DNA of 64,000 nucleotides from an uncultured Chloroflexia bacterium (GCA_963776385.1 CAVZME010000009.1:134440-198439), one strand, 5' to 3'; positions 41,851 to 51,628 are shown, counted from the stretch's first letter. Numbers and translations are program-made. The notes: a model not told the origin generated them from the sequence alone.

Positions 41851-43350
41851 ATGACCGAGACCGTCCGGACCCCGATCGGCCGCGCCGATCCTGAGCCGAC
41901 CGACGACCTCGACGGCGGCCTCGCCGTCTCGCCCGGCGACATCGGCGAACGCCTGTGGCACTTCTTCATCTCGATGCGGACCGGGCTCGCCCTGATCCTC
42001 GCGCTGGCGGTCCTCGGCCTCATCGGCACGATGCTCGTGCAGGCGCCGGCCGGGCTGGCCAGGCGACCCGAAGGCCTACGCGGCCTGGCTCGAGTCGCTC
42101 CGGCCGAAGTACGGCGGCTGGACGGGCATCTTCGACACGCTCGGCTTCTTCTCCATCTTCAACTCGGTCTGGTTCCGCGGCATCACGGTCCTGCTGATGA
42201 CCAGCGTGCTGGCGTGCTCGGCAACCGGGCGCCGCACCTCTGGAAGCTGACCGTCCACCCCCGGACGGACATGAGCGAGCCGTTCTTCAGCCACGCGCCG
42301 CTGAGCCATGCACGACCGCCGGCCGGCTCGCGCCCGGCGGCAGCCGCCGCGATCGTCGCAGGCGGCCTTCCGGCGACGCCGCTTCCGGACGATCGTCGCA
42401 CGACGACGGACGACACGATCCACGTCTACGCCGACCACAACCGCTGGGGCCCGTTCGGGACCGTCATCGCCCATCTGAGCCTCGTGGTCATCCTCGTCGG
42501 CGCGCTCGTCGGGACGGCGTTCGGGTTCCGCAACGACGGCCTCGCGGTCGCCGTCGGCTCGACCGTCGACATCGGCAACGGCACCGGGCTGACGGTCGAG
42601 GCCACGCAGCTTCTCCGACTCCTACTACGCGAACGGCAGCCCGAGCGACTACGCCAGCGACCTCGTCGTCTACGCGACGGCCAGCAGGTCGGCGCCGCGA
42701 CCGTCCGGGTCAACCAGCCGATGCGCGTCGGCGACATCACCTTCTACCAGTCCTACTTCGGGGCCGGCGGCCGCGATGAAGGTCAGCGACGCGCTCGGGC
42801 AAGGTCCTCGTCGACGCAGGGCGTGCCGCTCGAGTGGACCTCGAACGACGGGACGCGCACGGTCGGCCATGATCACGCTGCCCGACGCCGGGCTGACGAT
42901 GTACGTCCTCGGCGCCGTCTCGGGTGAGGTCGACCCGACCATCAAGCCCGGCCAGATGCAGGTCGAGCTCTACAAGACCGGGGCCGAGAGCGCCCCGCTC
43001 GCCACCGCAGATCGTGACCCAGGGCAAGCCGGTCGACATGGCCGGTCTCCAGGTCACGTTCGTTCGCGAGCGCCAGTTCACCGGGCTCATCGTCGCCGAG
43101 GATCCGGGCGCGATGTTCGTCTGGCTCGGCGCGATCCTCCTGGTCGGGGGCACCGCCCTCGTCTTCTTCTTCCCATGCCGCCGGGCCTGGGCGCTCATCC
43201 GGCGACGGCCCGACGGCACCACCGTCCATGTCGGTCGGTGCGGTCGTCCGGCACGACGTCGGCTTCCAGGCCGAATTCAAGCGCCTCAGCGCGGAGATCG
43301 AGCAGGCCGTCGATCGAACCGGCCGGTCCACTGAAGGAAGGGATGGCTGA
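41851..43350 (+). CDS. resB: Cytochrome c biogenesis protein ResB/Ccs1 (several frame changes as sequenced)
   Basis: GAGGAG RBS. The sequence includes LWHFFISMRTGLALILALAVLGLIGTMLVQ, WLESLRPKYGGWTGIFDTLGFFSIFNSVWFRGITVLLMTSVLACS, GPFGTVIAHLSLVVILVGALVG, VRVNQPMRVGDITFYQSYFG and FTGLIVAEDPGAMFVWLGAILLVGGTALVFFFP. Confidence 0.8.
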
Positions 43351-43353
43351 CCG

Positions 43354-44261
43354 ATGTTCAAGATGTCCGAGTACAGCTTCCTCGCCGGCGGTCCTGTCGG
43401 TCGCCCTGGCCCTCGGCTGCTACGTCCTCGCCTTCGCCTCGTAGCCTCGTCGCCAGACGGCGAACGACGTTCGCGGTGGCCGGCGCCGGCGGCGGCACGG
43501 TCACGATCGACGCGCCCGCCATCGACGAACGGCATCGGTCTCGGCACGTACGGGACGCTCATCACCTGGCTCGCCTTCGCGTTCCTGACGCGCATCGCTC
43601 ATCTTCCGGACCATCGCCGTCGGGCACGGCCCGTTCGCGAACATGTACGAGTTCTCGGTCGCGTTCGCCTGGGGCACCCTCGGCGATGTATCTCTACTTC
43701 GAGCACCGCTACCACCAGCGCGTCCTCGGCCTCATCGCCCTGCCGGTCGCGCTGCTGATGCTGCTCTACGCGGCGACCATCACCGCCGGCTCGACCGACC
43801 CGCTCGTCCCGGCCCTCCAGAACAACCTCCTGCTGTCGGTCCACGTCGCGGTCGCGATCGTCGCCTACGGCACGTTCACCGTCGCATTCGCGAGCCGCCA
43901 TCCTCTACCTCGTCCAGACCGACAAGGGCCGGCGCGGCCTGCCGCAGCCGCGAGCTGCTCGACGAGATCTCCTACAAGGCGGTGATGGTCGGCTTCCCGT
44001 TCCTGACCCTGACGATCGTCCTCGGCGCGGTCTGGGCCGACGTGGCCTGGGGCACCTACTGGAGCTGGGACCCCAAGGAGACCGCGTCGCTCGTGACGTG
44101 GCTGATCTACGGCTCCTACCTCCACGCGCGGGTCGTCCGCGGCTGGCGCGGCGAGCGCGCCGCCTGCTCCTGCTCGTGGGCTTCGCCGCGGTGCTCTTCA
44201 CCTACTTCGGGAACTCTTCTTCGGCGGCCTGCACAGCTACAGCGGGCTCAACCGGAACTAG
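43354..44261 (+). CDS. resC: Cytochrome c biogenesis haem-handling protein, ResC/CcsA type with WWD motif (several frame changes as sequenced)
   Basis: The Trp-rich signature is [32 protein letters not shown]. It also has [36 protein letters not shown] and a C-terminal GGLHSYSG. Confidence 0.8.
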
Positions 44262-44315
44262 TCACGGATCGAACGACACGAGCGCCCCGAGACGCCCGGG
44301 ACGCAGGAGGACGCG

Positions 44316-44931
44316 ATGGAGACGACGGCATCGATCGAAGGCACCGGCCGGGCGACGTCCCGGCGCGAGCCGGGTCAGGACGCTCGCGGTCATGGCGATC
44401 ACCGCGGTGATCATCGCGGCCGTCGTGTTCATCGTGAACCAGCCCACGGCGGCAGCCGGCGGCGTCACCGAACGTCACGCTCACCGGGCGGCGGCCGGGC
44501 CAGGCGCCGACCGTCGGCCAGCCCGCGCCGGACTTCGCGGCGACGACCGTGGACGGCCGCCGGTCAAGCTGAGCGACTTCCGGGCAAGCCGGTCTGGCTG
44601 ACCTTCGGGGCCAGCTGGTGCCAGCCGTGCCGGGCCGAGAACCCCGGACATCAAGCGCCGTGTACGAGACGCCAAAGGCGAGCGGCCTGGAGGTCCTCGC
44701 GGTCTTCATCTCCGAGGACGCGGCCGCCGTCACGTGACTACGCCGACCGCGTCGGGCTCGACCTACGACAAGGTCGCCGACCCGAACACCGACGATCGCG
44801 TCCGCAGTACCGGATCCTCGGCATCCCGTCGCACTTCTTCATCGACAGCGACGGGCGTCCTGCGGGAGATGAGGATCGGCAGCCTCGACCAGGCCGCGAT
44901 GGAAAGGGCGATCGCGGGCATCCGCCAGTGA
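44316..44931 (+). CDS. resA: Membrane-anchored thiol-disulfide oxidoreductase ResA/TlpA family (several frame changes as sequenced)
   Basis: GCAGGAGGA RBS. The TM helix is [18 protein letters not shown]. It has [38 protein letters not shown] (thioredoxin WCxxC) and [20 protein letters not shown]. Confidence 0.8.
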
Positions 44932-44934
44932 CCG

Positions 44935-46591
44935 ATGGCGGGACCGCCGCGGCGCCGAGACGCTCGACGCCTCGGCGGCATCGTCCGACAGCCGTGACGC
45001 GTCTCCGTCGGGCGGATCCGCTCGCCGATCGCCCGTCCGCTCCGGCGCGGATCCCGCATCCGAGCACTGCGCACCAGGCGTGGCCGGTTCGTCGTCCTCG
45101 TCCTCGTCGCCGGCTTCGGGGTGGCGATCGCGGTCGGGGGCGTGGCAGCCATGAGCTGGACCGAGACCGCCGACTTCTGCGGCCGCTGCCACACGATGGA
45201 CCCGGAGCTCAAGGCGTACGAGATGTCGCGCGCATCGCGAGGTCCCCTGCGCGGAGTGCCATGTCGAGCCCGGCGTCGTCGGCTGGGTCAAGGCCAAGCT
45301 CAACGGCACGCGTCAGCTCATCGGCGTCCTGACCGGGCACCTTCCCGACACCGATCCCGGCACCCGATCACGCCGATCTGCCGCCGACGAGCGCGACCTG
45401 CGTCCGCTGTCACGATCCGAAGGCGCTCGTCGCCAACGGCGGCCCGGTCAAGCTCGTCATCCAGGAGCAATTCCACGGAGGACGAGCCGAACACCAAGGA
45501 CACCATCGCCCTGGTCCTCCGGCCGGCGGGCTTCGGCGACCCCGAGCCAGGCCCGCGGGCGTGCACTGGCACATCGACTCCGAGGTGGACTACATCGCCG
45601 CCGACCCGCGCGCCCAGACCATCGACTACGTGACGATCAAGGAGGACGACGGCGCGTCGGAGGAGTTCATCGCCTCGTCCCAGGTGACCGACGTCGGGCG
45701 AACGTCCAGCCCGACATCGACCGGCTGAAGGCCGAACGGGGCCACCCGCCGGATGGACTGCATCGACTGCCACAACCGGGCCGGCCACGGCATCCCGACG
45801 CCGGACCAGGCCATCGACGACTCGCTGTCGACCGGCGCGATCGACGCAGAGACCTGCCCTACATCAAGCGCGAGGGCGTCGATCGCTGTCGAACCGCGAC
45901 TACGCCTCGGTCGGCGGATGCGGACCGGGCGATCGCCGCGCTGCGGCTCGTTCTACGAGACCCGCTACCCGCTCGTGAGCCGAGTCGCAGGCCGCCGAGG
46001 TGGACGAGGCGATCGCGGACCTCCAGCGCATCTACCGGCTGGTCGCCACGCCCGAGATGCGCGTGACCGGGACGACCTACCCGAACAACCTCGGCCACCA
46101 GTCGGCACCCGGCTGCTTCCGCTGCCACGACGGAGCGCACTACAAGGTCGAGGACGGGGTGCTCACCAAGCAGGCCATCCCGTCGTCCTGCGCGACCTGC
46201 CACACGTTCCCGCAGATCGGGTCGACCGAGTCCGGCGTCCTCATCGGCCAGCGACCGGCGAGCCACGACGATCGACTCTGGGTGTTCGACCACAAGTCGA
46301 GCGCATCCGCGCTCGATCCTGCAGGTACGGCCTGCGGCGCCTGCCACACGCGCACGTACTGCGAGAGCTGCCACAAGACCGCAGCGGTCCAGGTGAAGCA
46401 CGACGACATGATCTTCAACCACGCGGAGGTGATGAAGAAGACCGGCGCCCAGGGCGTGCGCCTACTGCCACCAGCCGGCGTACTGCTCCCAGTGCCACGC
46501 GGAGCCCGTCCTGCCGAACCCGTTCAGGACCGATCCGTCCGCCAGCCCCCCGGCTGTGCTGCCGGACCCCGTCCCGTCGCGCACGCCATGA
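44935..46591 (+). CDS. Membrane-anchored decahaem c-type cytochrome with a NapC/NirT(NrfH/CymA)-like N-terminal module (many frame changes as sequenced)
   Basis: The TM helix is FVVLVLVAGFGVAIAVGGVAAM, followed by TETADFCGRCHTMDPELKAYEMS.H..VPCAECHVEPGVVGWVKAKLNGTRQL, the NapC/NirT signature. There are ten CXXCH motifs in total: CGRCH, CAECH, CVRCH, CIDCH, CFRCH, CATCH, CGACH, CESCH, CAYCH, CSQCH. The stop is at 46589..46591. Confidence 0.8.
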
Positions 46592-46604
46592 AGGAGGTCC
46601 GCCG

Positions 46605-47216
46605 GTGACGATCACTGCCCAGCGGGTCCCGAGGGGCTCGGGCTGGATGAGCATCCAGGAAGCGTCGAACCTGATGGGCGTGTCTCCGGCCACCCTCCGG
46701 CGGTGGAGCGATGCCGGGCGGATCCGGACGTTCACGACACCCGGCGGCCATCGACGGTTCAGTCGCGCCGCCGTCGACGCCCTGCTCCCGGACGACGCGA
46801 CGGCCACCCCGCAGGACCACCGACCGGCGATCGACACCGACCTCCCGTGGTTCGTCGCGCTCGATCCGGGGACGCGCCGGCGGACGCGTCAGCAGGTCCA
46901 CCAGATCGCCGAGGCACTGGTCTCGGCGACCGTCGGGCGAACGGCGGTGGAGCGGGACTACGCGTTCAGCCGGGCCGAGATGGCCACGACCCGCTGTGCG
47001 GTGCTGGCGGCCGGATCCGGCGTCGGTCTTCGCGAGACGGTCGAGGGATTGTTGACGTTGCGCGGCCGATGTCTCAAGGCGATCGACGATCCGGGCTCGG
47101 TCGGCGGAGACCAGGAACGGGCGTCGGTCGCGTCCGTCGAAACCCTGACCGGCCTGCTCGACCGGCTGCTGTGTCATGCGATGCGGGCCCACGAGGCCGC
47201 GAGCGGCCGATCCTGA
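46605..47216 (+). CDS. MerR/excisionase-type HTH DNA-binding protein
   Basis: AAGGAGG lies 7 nt before the GTG at 46605. MSIQEASNLMGVSPATLRRWSDAGRIRTFTTPGGHRRF is an HTH_17/MerR-type motif. The frame is intact within ORF 45753..47216. Confidence 0.7.
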   Translation: MTITAQRVPRGSGWMSIQEASNLMGVSPATLRRWSDAGRIRTFTTPGGHRRFSRAAVDALLPDDATATPQDHRPAIDTDLPWFVALDPGTRRRTRQQVHQIAEALVSATVGRTAVERDYAFSRAEMATTRCAVLAAGSGVGLRETVEGLLTLRGRCLKAIDDPGSVGGDQERASVASVETLTGLLDRLLCHAMRAHEAASGRS

Positions 47217-47231
47217 CGAGGTCGGCCTCGA

Positions 47232-48059
47232 TCAGGCCCACGGCCCGAGCGGAGCGAGGAACGCCACGATCTCGGCAGCCAGGCGATCCGGCTGCTCCAT
47301 CCCGATCATGTGCGCGACGTCATCCCAGATCACCGCCCGTGCGTTCGGAGCGTCGGCCTCGAGCATCCGAGCGGTCGCGACGACGCCACTGAAATCGAGC
47401 GCGCCGGCCACCGCCAGGACCGGACAGCGGATCTCGGCGATCCGGCTCGCAGCGCGCGGATCGAGGCGGATCTCGCGGCCGCCGACCCGTCCGGGGTCGT
47501 TGAGCGGCAGGTCCATCTCGTGGAGCAGGGCGCGGACATCGGCTCGCATGCGGCCCGCCGGCTGGCCCGGACCATCGCCCCAGACCGCGGTCTCGAATGC
47601 GGTCAGCGCTTCGGCGTCGAACGGTTCGGCCGAATCGACCGCCTCGTAGGCCTCGTTGATGGCGGTCTCCGCGGGCGTCTCGCCGCCGTCGTAGCCGCCG
47701 ACCCCGGACCCGACACCGACGATCGCGGCGACGCGTTCCGGGGATTCGATGGCCGTATCGAAGGCGAGCATCCCGCCCCGTGAGTTGCCGACCAGCGGGG
47801 CCCGCCGAACGCCCAGGGCATCCATGACCGCGAGCAGGTCGGCCCGCGGCGAGAACTCGACATCCTCGGTGGTCGAGCGGCCGTAGCCGCGGGCGTCGTA
47901 GCGGATCACCCGATGACCGGCATCCACGAGCGGCGCCACCATCCCGTCCCACGCCCGCAGGTCCGCGACGCCCGCGTGGAGCAGGACGAGCGGCGGGCCG
48001 GCGCCGTCTTCGACGACGTACAGGCGCGCACCCGGGACAGCGACCATCTGGCTGGACAT
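47232..48059 (-). CDS. Alpha/beta-fold hydrolase
   Basis: 275 aa, intact. It has PLVLLHAGVAD, the nucleophile elbow LVGNSRGGMLA and a C-terminal DDVAHMIGMEQP. Confidence 0.85.
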   Translation of the reverse strand: MSSQMVAVPGARLYVVEDGAGPPLVLLHAGVADLRAWDGMVAPLVDAGHRVIRYDARGYGRSTTEDVEFSPRADLLAVMDALGVRRAPLVGNSRGGMLAFDTAIESPERVAAIVGVGSGVGGYDGGETPAETAINEAYEAVDSAEPFDAEALTAFETAVWGDGPGQPAGRMRADVRALLHEMDLPLNDPGRVGGREIRLDPRAASRIAEIRCPVLAVAGALDFSGVVATARMLEADAPNARAVIWDDVAHMIGMEQPDRLAAEIVAFLAPLGPWA

Positions 48060-48082
48060 CCCTGGAGGATACCCGCCCGTCG

Positions 48083-49417
48083 TCAGGCTGGCGGCACCGG
48101 CACCATCTGAGCAGGGTCACCCGGGACGCGCATGCGGACGCCGCCGCCGGCTCTCTTGACCTGGTACATCTCGTGATCGGCGAGCGCATGTAAGCGTTCG
48201 ATCGAGGTCACCCGGCTCGTCGGCTCGATGATGATCACGCCGATCGACGCGCCGATCCGGATCATCCCGCGCTCCGTCTCGATCGGCTCGCACAGGTCGG
48301 CCAGGATGCGCTTGGCGAGCGTCTCCGCTGCGACGGAATCCGACACACCGGCGAGCAGGACGCCGAATTCGTCGCCGCCGCGCCGGACTGCCGCATCGGT
48401 CAACCGGATCGAGCGGCGCAGACGGACGCCGACCTCGCGGATGACGTCGTCGCCCGCAGCGTGGCCGTAGGTATCGTTGACGGCCTTGAAGCCATCGAGA
48501 TCGATGGCCAGCAGGGCAGCCCGGCCCGCGCCGCGTCGGACGCCGCCCAGGACCTCGGCAAGACGGGCGTCGAAGCCTGATCGGCTGAGCAGGCCGGTCA
48601 TCGCGTCGTGCCGGGCGATCTCTCGGGCGTCGTGCGCCTGCCAGATGACCAGGACGAGCGTCGCGCAGATGAGCGCGGCCCACCAGCCGATCGTGCCGTA
48701 GGCGAGCACCAGGATCCAGCCCAGGACGACCTCGCTCGCCGATGTCGTCCGGTACGACGTGTCCATGAGCCGGGCGGCCTCGCGAGCGGTCAGCCCGTCG
48801 CGCAGGATCACGGTCCCGGTGGCCAGGCCCGCCGACAGGCCGGACATGACGAATGTCGCGAGCACGATGGCGACGAGCTGGGCGGCCTGTGGCTGATCGC
48901 TGATGGCGCCGAGCGGACCGCTTCGGACGGCCTCGAAGACGACCCCGGCGAGGACAGCCGAGAGTGCCATCGCTGAGTGGTTGGCGAGGGTCCCGTACCA
49001 CGGCACCTCGCGCAGTTCGCGTGCCTCGAGCGTCGAGACCATCGCGACCCAACCGCCCGCGACGGGGCCACCGAGCGCGGTCGCGGCGATGATGAACGGC
49101 AGGTGGAACGTCAGGACGCCGTAGCCGTGGAGTTGCTCGACCCGCGTCCCGCCGAGGAGGCCGAGCAGGATCCAGAACAGCAGGCCGAGAAGGATCCCCT
49201 CGCGACCGCCAGCCTGGGTCAGGGAGATCGTGGGCCAGATGGTGAAGCTGACCGACGCCCAGAGGAGCGCCGTCAAGCCTGCTCCGATCGTCGCTGCCGT
49301 ATAGACATAGAGCGGCAGCATCGACCGCTTCGGACGCTGGGGCGGAAGACCAACGGCGGGAAACATCGGGACCGTGCGTCGGTCCCAGCCATCACTCGAT
49401 GGCGGTCTCGGATCCAT
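48083..49417 (-). CDS. Diguanylate cyclase (GGDEF) with an N-terminal polytopic membrane sensor region
   Basis: About seven to eight TM helices, then HDAMTGLLSRSGF..LLAIDLDGFKAVNDTYGHAAGDDVI..RRGGDEFGVLL. Confidence 0.85.
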   Translation of the reverse strand: MDPRPPSSDGWDRRTVPMFPAVGLPPQRPKRSMLPLYVYTAATIGAGLTALLWASVSFTIWPTISLTQAGGREGILLGLLFWILLGLLGGTRVEQLHGYGVLTFHLPFIIAATALGGPVAGGWVAMVSTLEARELREVPWYGTLANHSAMALSAVLAGVVFEAVRSGPLGAISDQPQAAQLVAIVLATFVMSGLSAGLATGTVILRDGLTAREAARLMDTSYRTTSASEVVLGWILVLAYGTIGWWAALICATLVLVIWQAHDAREIARHDAMTGLLSRSGFDARLAEVLGGVRRGAGRAALLAIDLDGFKAVNDTYGHAAGDDVIREVGVRLRRSIRLTDAAVRRGGDEFGVLLAGVSDSVAAETLAKRILADLCEPIETERGMIRIGASIGVIIIEPTSRVTSIERLHALADHEMYQVKRAGGGVRMRVPGDPAQMVPVPPA

Positions 49418-49712
49418 CAGGGGGCACTCCTGGAGATCGTCGACGCCGAAGGCCTCGGGCAGGCCGACAGGGCGCGGTTCTCGTCGTCACGGGCGGGTGC
49501 CGGTGTGGACGGTGCGCGGACCCGGTCCGCACGATCGTCTCGTGGTGGCAGCCACCGTGATCCCTCCGACGACGAACATCCGGGCCCCGGCCGGCCAGTC
49601 CAGCGGACTGGTCTCGTCTACGCCAAACCTGCGCTCACCGGGCAGGACGAGCCACGGTACGAAGGTACCAGGGGACGGCTAACGAACGGCAGTCAGCCGG
49701 AGGATTCGGGCG

Positions 49713-50030
49713 TCACGCCTCGCGGGCGATCGGCTCCAGGTCGATGGTCCTGACCTGGCGAGTGCGACCGGCTTCGGTCCGCACGAGCGCCGCCGGGATG
49801 ACTCCCGACGTCAGCTTCTCGATCACCGCCGCTTCGCCGGCATAGAGACCGCTCCCGGAGATCCGGACCCGATCGCCGACCGACAGGCCCGCCCTGCCAC
49901 TGCCGGCGTTGAGGTCGATCGTCGCCACGGTCGGGCGGACGTACGGTTCCGGACCCGCGCCGGGGCGCTGGGTCGGCTTCGTGTCGGTTCGGGCCGGGGG
50001 ATAGACGGTCTTCCGCTTGCGTGTCGCCAC
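49713..50030 (-). CDS. Hypothetical small basic protein
   Basis: 105 aa. The N-terminus is Lys/Arg-rich. The C-terminal part (LSVGDRVRISGSGLYAGEAAVIEKL) looks like a small beta-barrel of KOW/SH3 type. No family was recognised. Confidence 0.45.
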   Translation of the reverse strand: MATRKRKTVYPPARTDTKPTQRPGAGPEPYVRPTVATIDLNAGSGRAGLSVGDRVRISGSGLYAGEAAVIEKLTSGVIPAALVRTEAGRTRQVRTIDLEPIAREA

Positions 50031-50137
50031 AGTGGCTGTCGCCCTCCTTGGGCCGCGACGAAGGTGCGCGGCGCGACGCGATGCTACAACGGGCCGTCAA
50101 CGTCGTGGGGTGCCGAGTCCCGTATGGTGTCCGGGTC

Positions 50138-51566
50138 ATGGTCGAGCCGGAGCACTTCGACGATCCCGGACCGCTGGTCCCGCAGCCGCCGAGCCGTGCC
50201 CGGCGTATCGCCACCATCGCCATCCTCATCCTGCTGATCGTCTCGATGGTCTTCCTGGCGTTCGTGTCCGGCCGCGGATTCGTGACGCCGATCGCGCCCG
50301 ATCGCGTCGATCCCACGCTGCCCGTGGCCGACGGATCCGCTCGGCCGGCCGGGTCACCGCCACAGCGGTTGGCATTGGTGGATGCGGCTGGGCGCCTGCT
50401 GACGGCGGATGCTGACGGCCACGTGTCCGCCCCGCTCGGGGCGGCCGGGTTCGACTACTCATTCCCGACGTGGTCGCCCGATGGCGAGCGGATCGCGGTC
50501 ATCGGCTGACCACGACGGCTCGGGCGTCGTCCACGTGTTCACGGTCGGCCGAGACGCCGGCACCGGTGGCGCTGCGCCCGTCGGACCGACCGCCGTCTAC
50601 GACAGCGACGACCGACCGCCGTTCTATGCGTATTGGTCCCCCGACGGCAGCCGGCTGAGCTTCCTGACCCACGAGCCGGACGGCATCGCCCTCCGGATCG
50701 CGCCCGCGGACGCGAGTAGCCCAGCGGTGATCGTCCGCCAGGGGGCGCCGCTGTACTGGGCGTGGTCGAGCGCGGACGAGATCCTCGTCCACAGTGGCGG
50801 CACGGCAGCGGATGCGTTCGTCGGCGAGATCGGCCTGGACGGGGTGGCGCTCGAGCCGAGCGTGACGGCATCGGGCGGGTTCCGCGCCCCGGCCGTCACG
50901 ACCGACGGCGCGTTCCGTGGCTTCGTCGCCGCCGGGACGCAGACGGCGGGCCAGGTCGTCGTCGAGACACGCGACGGCGCGGATCGTCATGCCGTGGATG
51001 TCGGAGGTGACGCGGCCATCGACTTCAGCCCGACCGCGTCCGACCTCGCCTTCATCGCGCGAGAGGAACCCGGCCGCGAGAACACCCTGCCGCTCGGCCC
51101 CCTCCGGCTGCTGTCCGCTTCGACCGGTGACGTCCGCGTGCTCTTGCAGGGTCCCGTCGTGGCATTCTTCTGGGCACCCGACGGCCGGACGATCGCGGCC
51201 CTCCAGGTCCTGCAGTCGACCGACGACAACATCGCGGCGCTCCGAGGCGACGGCACGGCCAGGCTCGCCCGCGCGCAGATCGCTGCGCCGGCCGCGGGCA
51301 TCGGGGTCCAGCTCGTCTTCGTCGAGACGGCGACCGGCACGATCCGGTCGAAGCGCATTGTCCGGCTCGCCGACCTCTTCGTGTCGCAACTCCTTCCCTA
51401 CTTCGACCAGTACGCGCTGAGCCACCGGATCTGGTCGGCCGACAGCCACGCGATCGCACTGCCGGTGGTGGCCGACGACGGCACGTCCGGGATCGTCGCC
51501 ATCCCTGCCGACGGCGGTGCGGCGACACGGATCGCCGACGGCGTGGCGGCCGCCTGGAGCCCCTGA
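50138..51566 (+). CDS. Membrane-anchored TolB-like (PD40/WD40-like) beta-propeller protein (one frame change near 50500)
   Basis: The TM helix is IATIAILILLIVSMVFLAFV. The PD40 signatures are FPTWSPDGERIAVIG, YAYWSPDGSRLSFL, FFWAPDGRTIAAL and IWSADSHAIAL. The pieces are joined from ORFs 50021..50509 and 50409..51566. Confidence 0.7.
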
Positions 51567-51582
51567 CCGTCGCGATCCGGTA

Positions 51583-51614
51583 TTGCACAATACTTGTGCA
51601 TAACTTCTGTGCAT
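51583..51614. promoter_or_regulatory. AT-rich operator-like inverted repeat TTGCACAA-tac-TTGTGCAt plus a third TGTGCAT half-site, upstream of the ArsR-family gene
   Basis: Read directly from the sequence. It is the only conspicuously AT-rich stretch in this neighbourhood, 15 nt upstream of the ATG at 51629. Confidence 0.4.
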
Positions 51615-51628
51615 GGTAGTCTTCGGGC

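Noticed and set aside
41820-41860. Possible genuine CcdA-ResB fusion, because the final ccdA frame runs into the resB ATG without a stop.
   Set aside because: A good GAGGAG RBS and ATG for resB are present. A TGA lies in the neighbouring frame at 41837..41839. Given the local indel density, a lost stop through a frame error is the simpler explanation.
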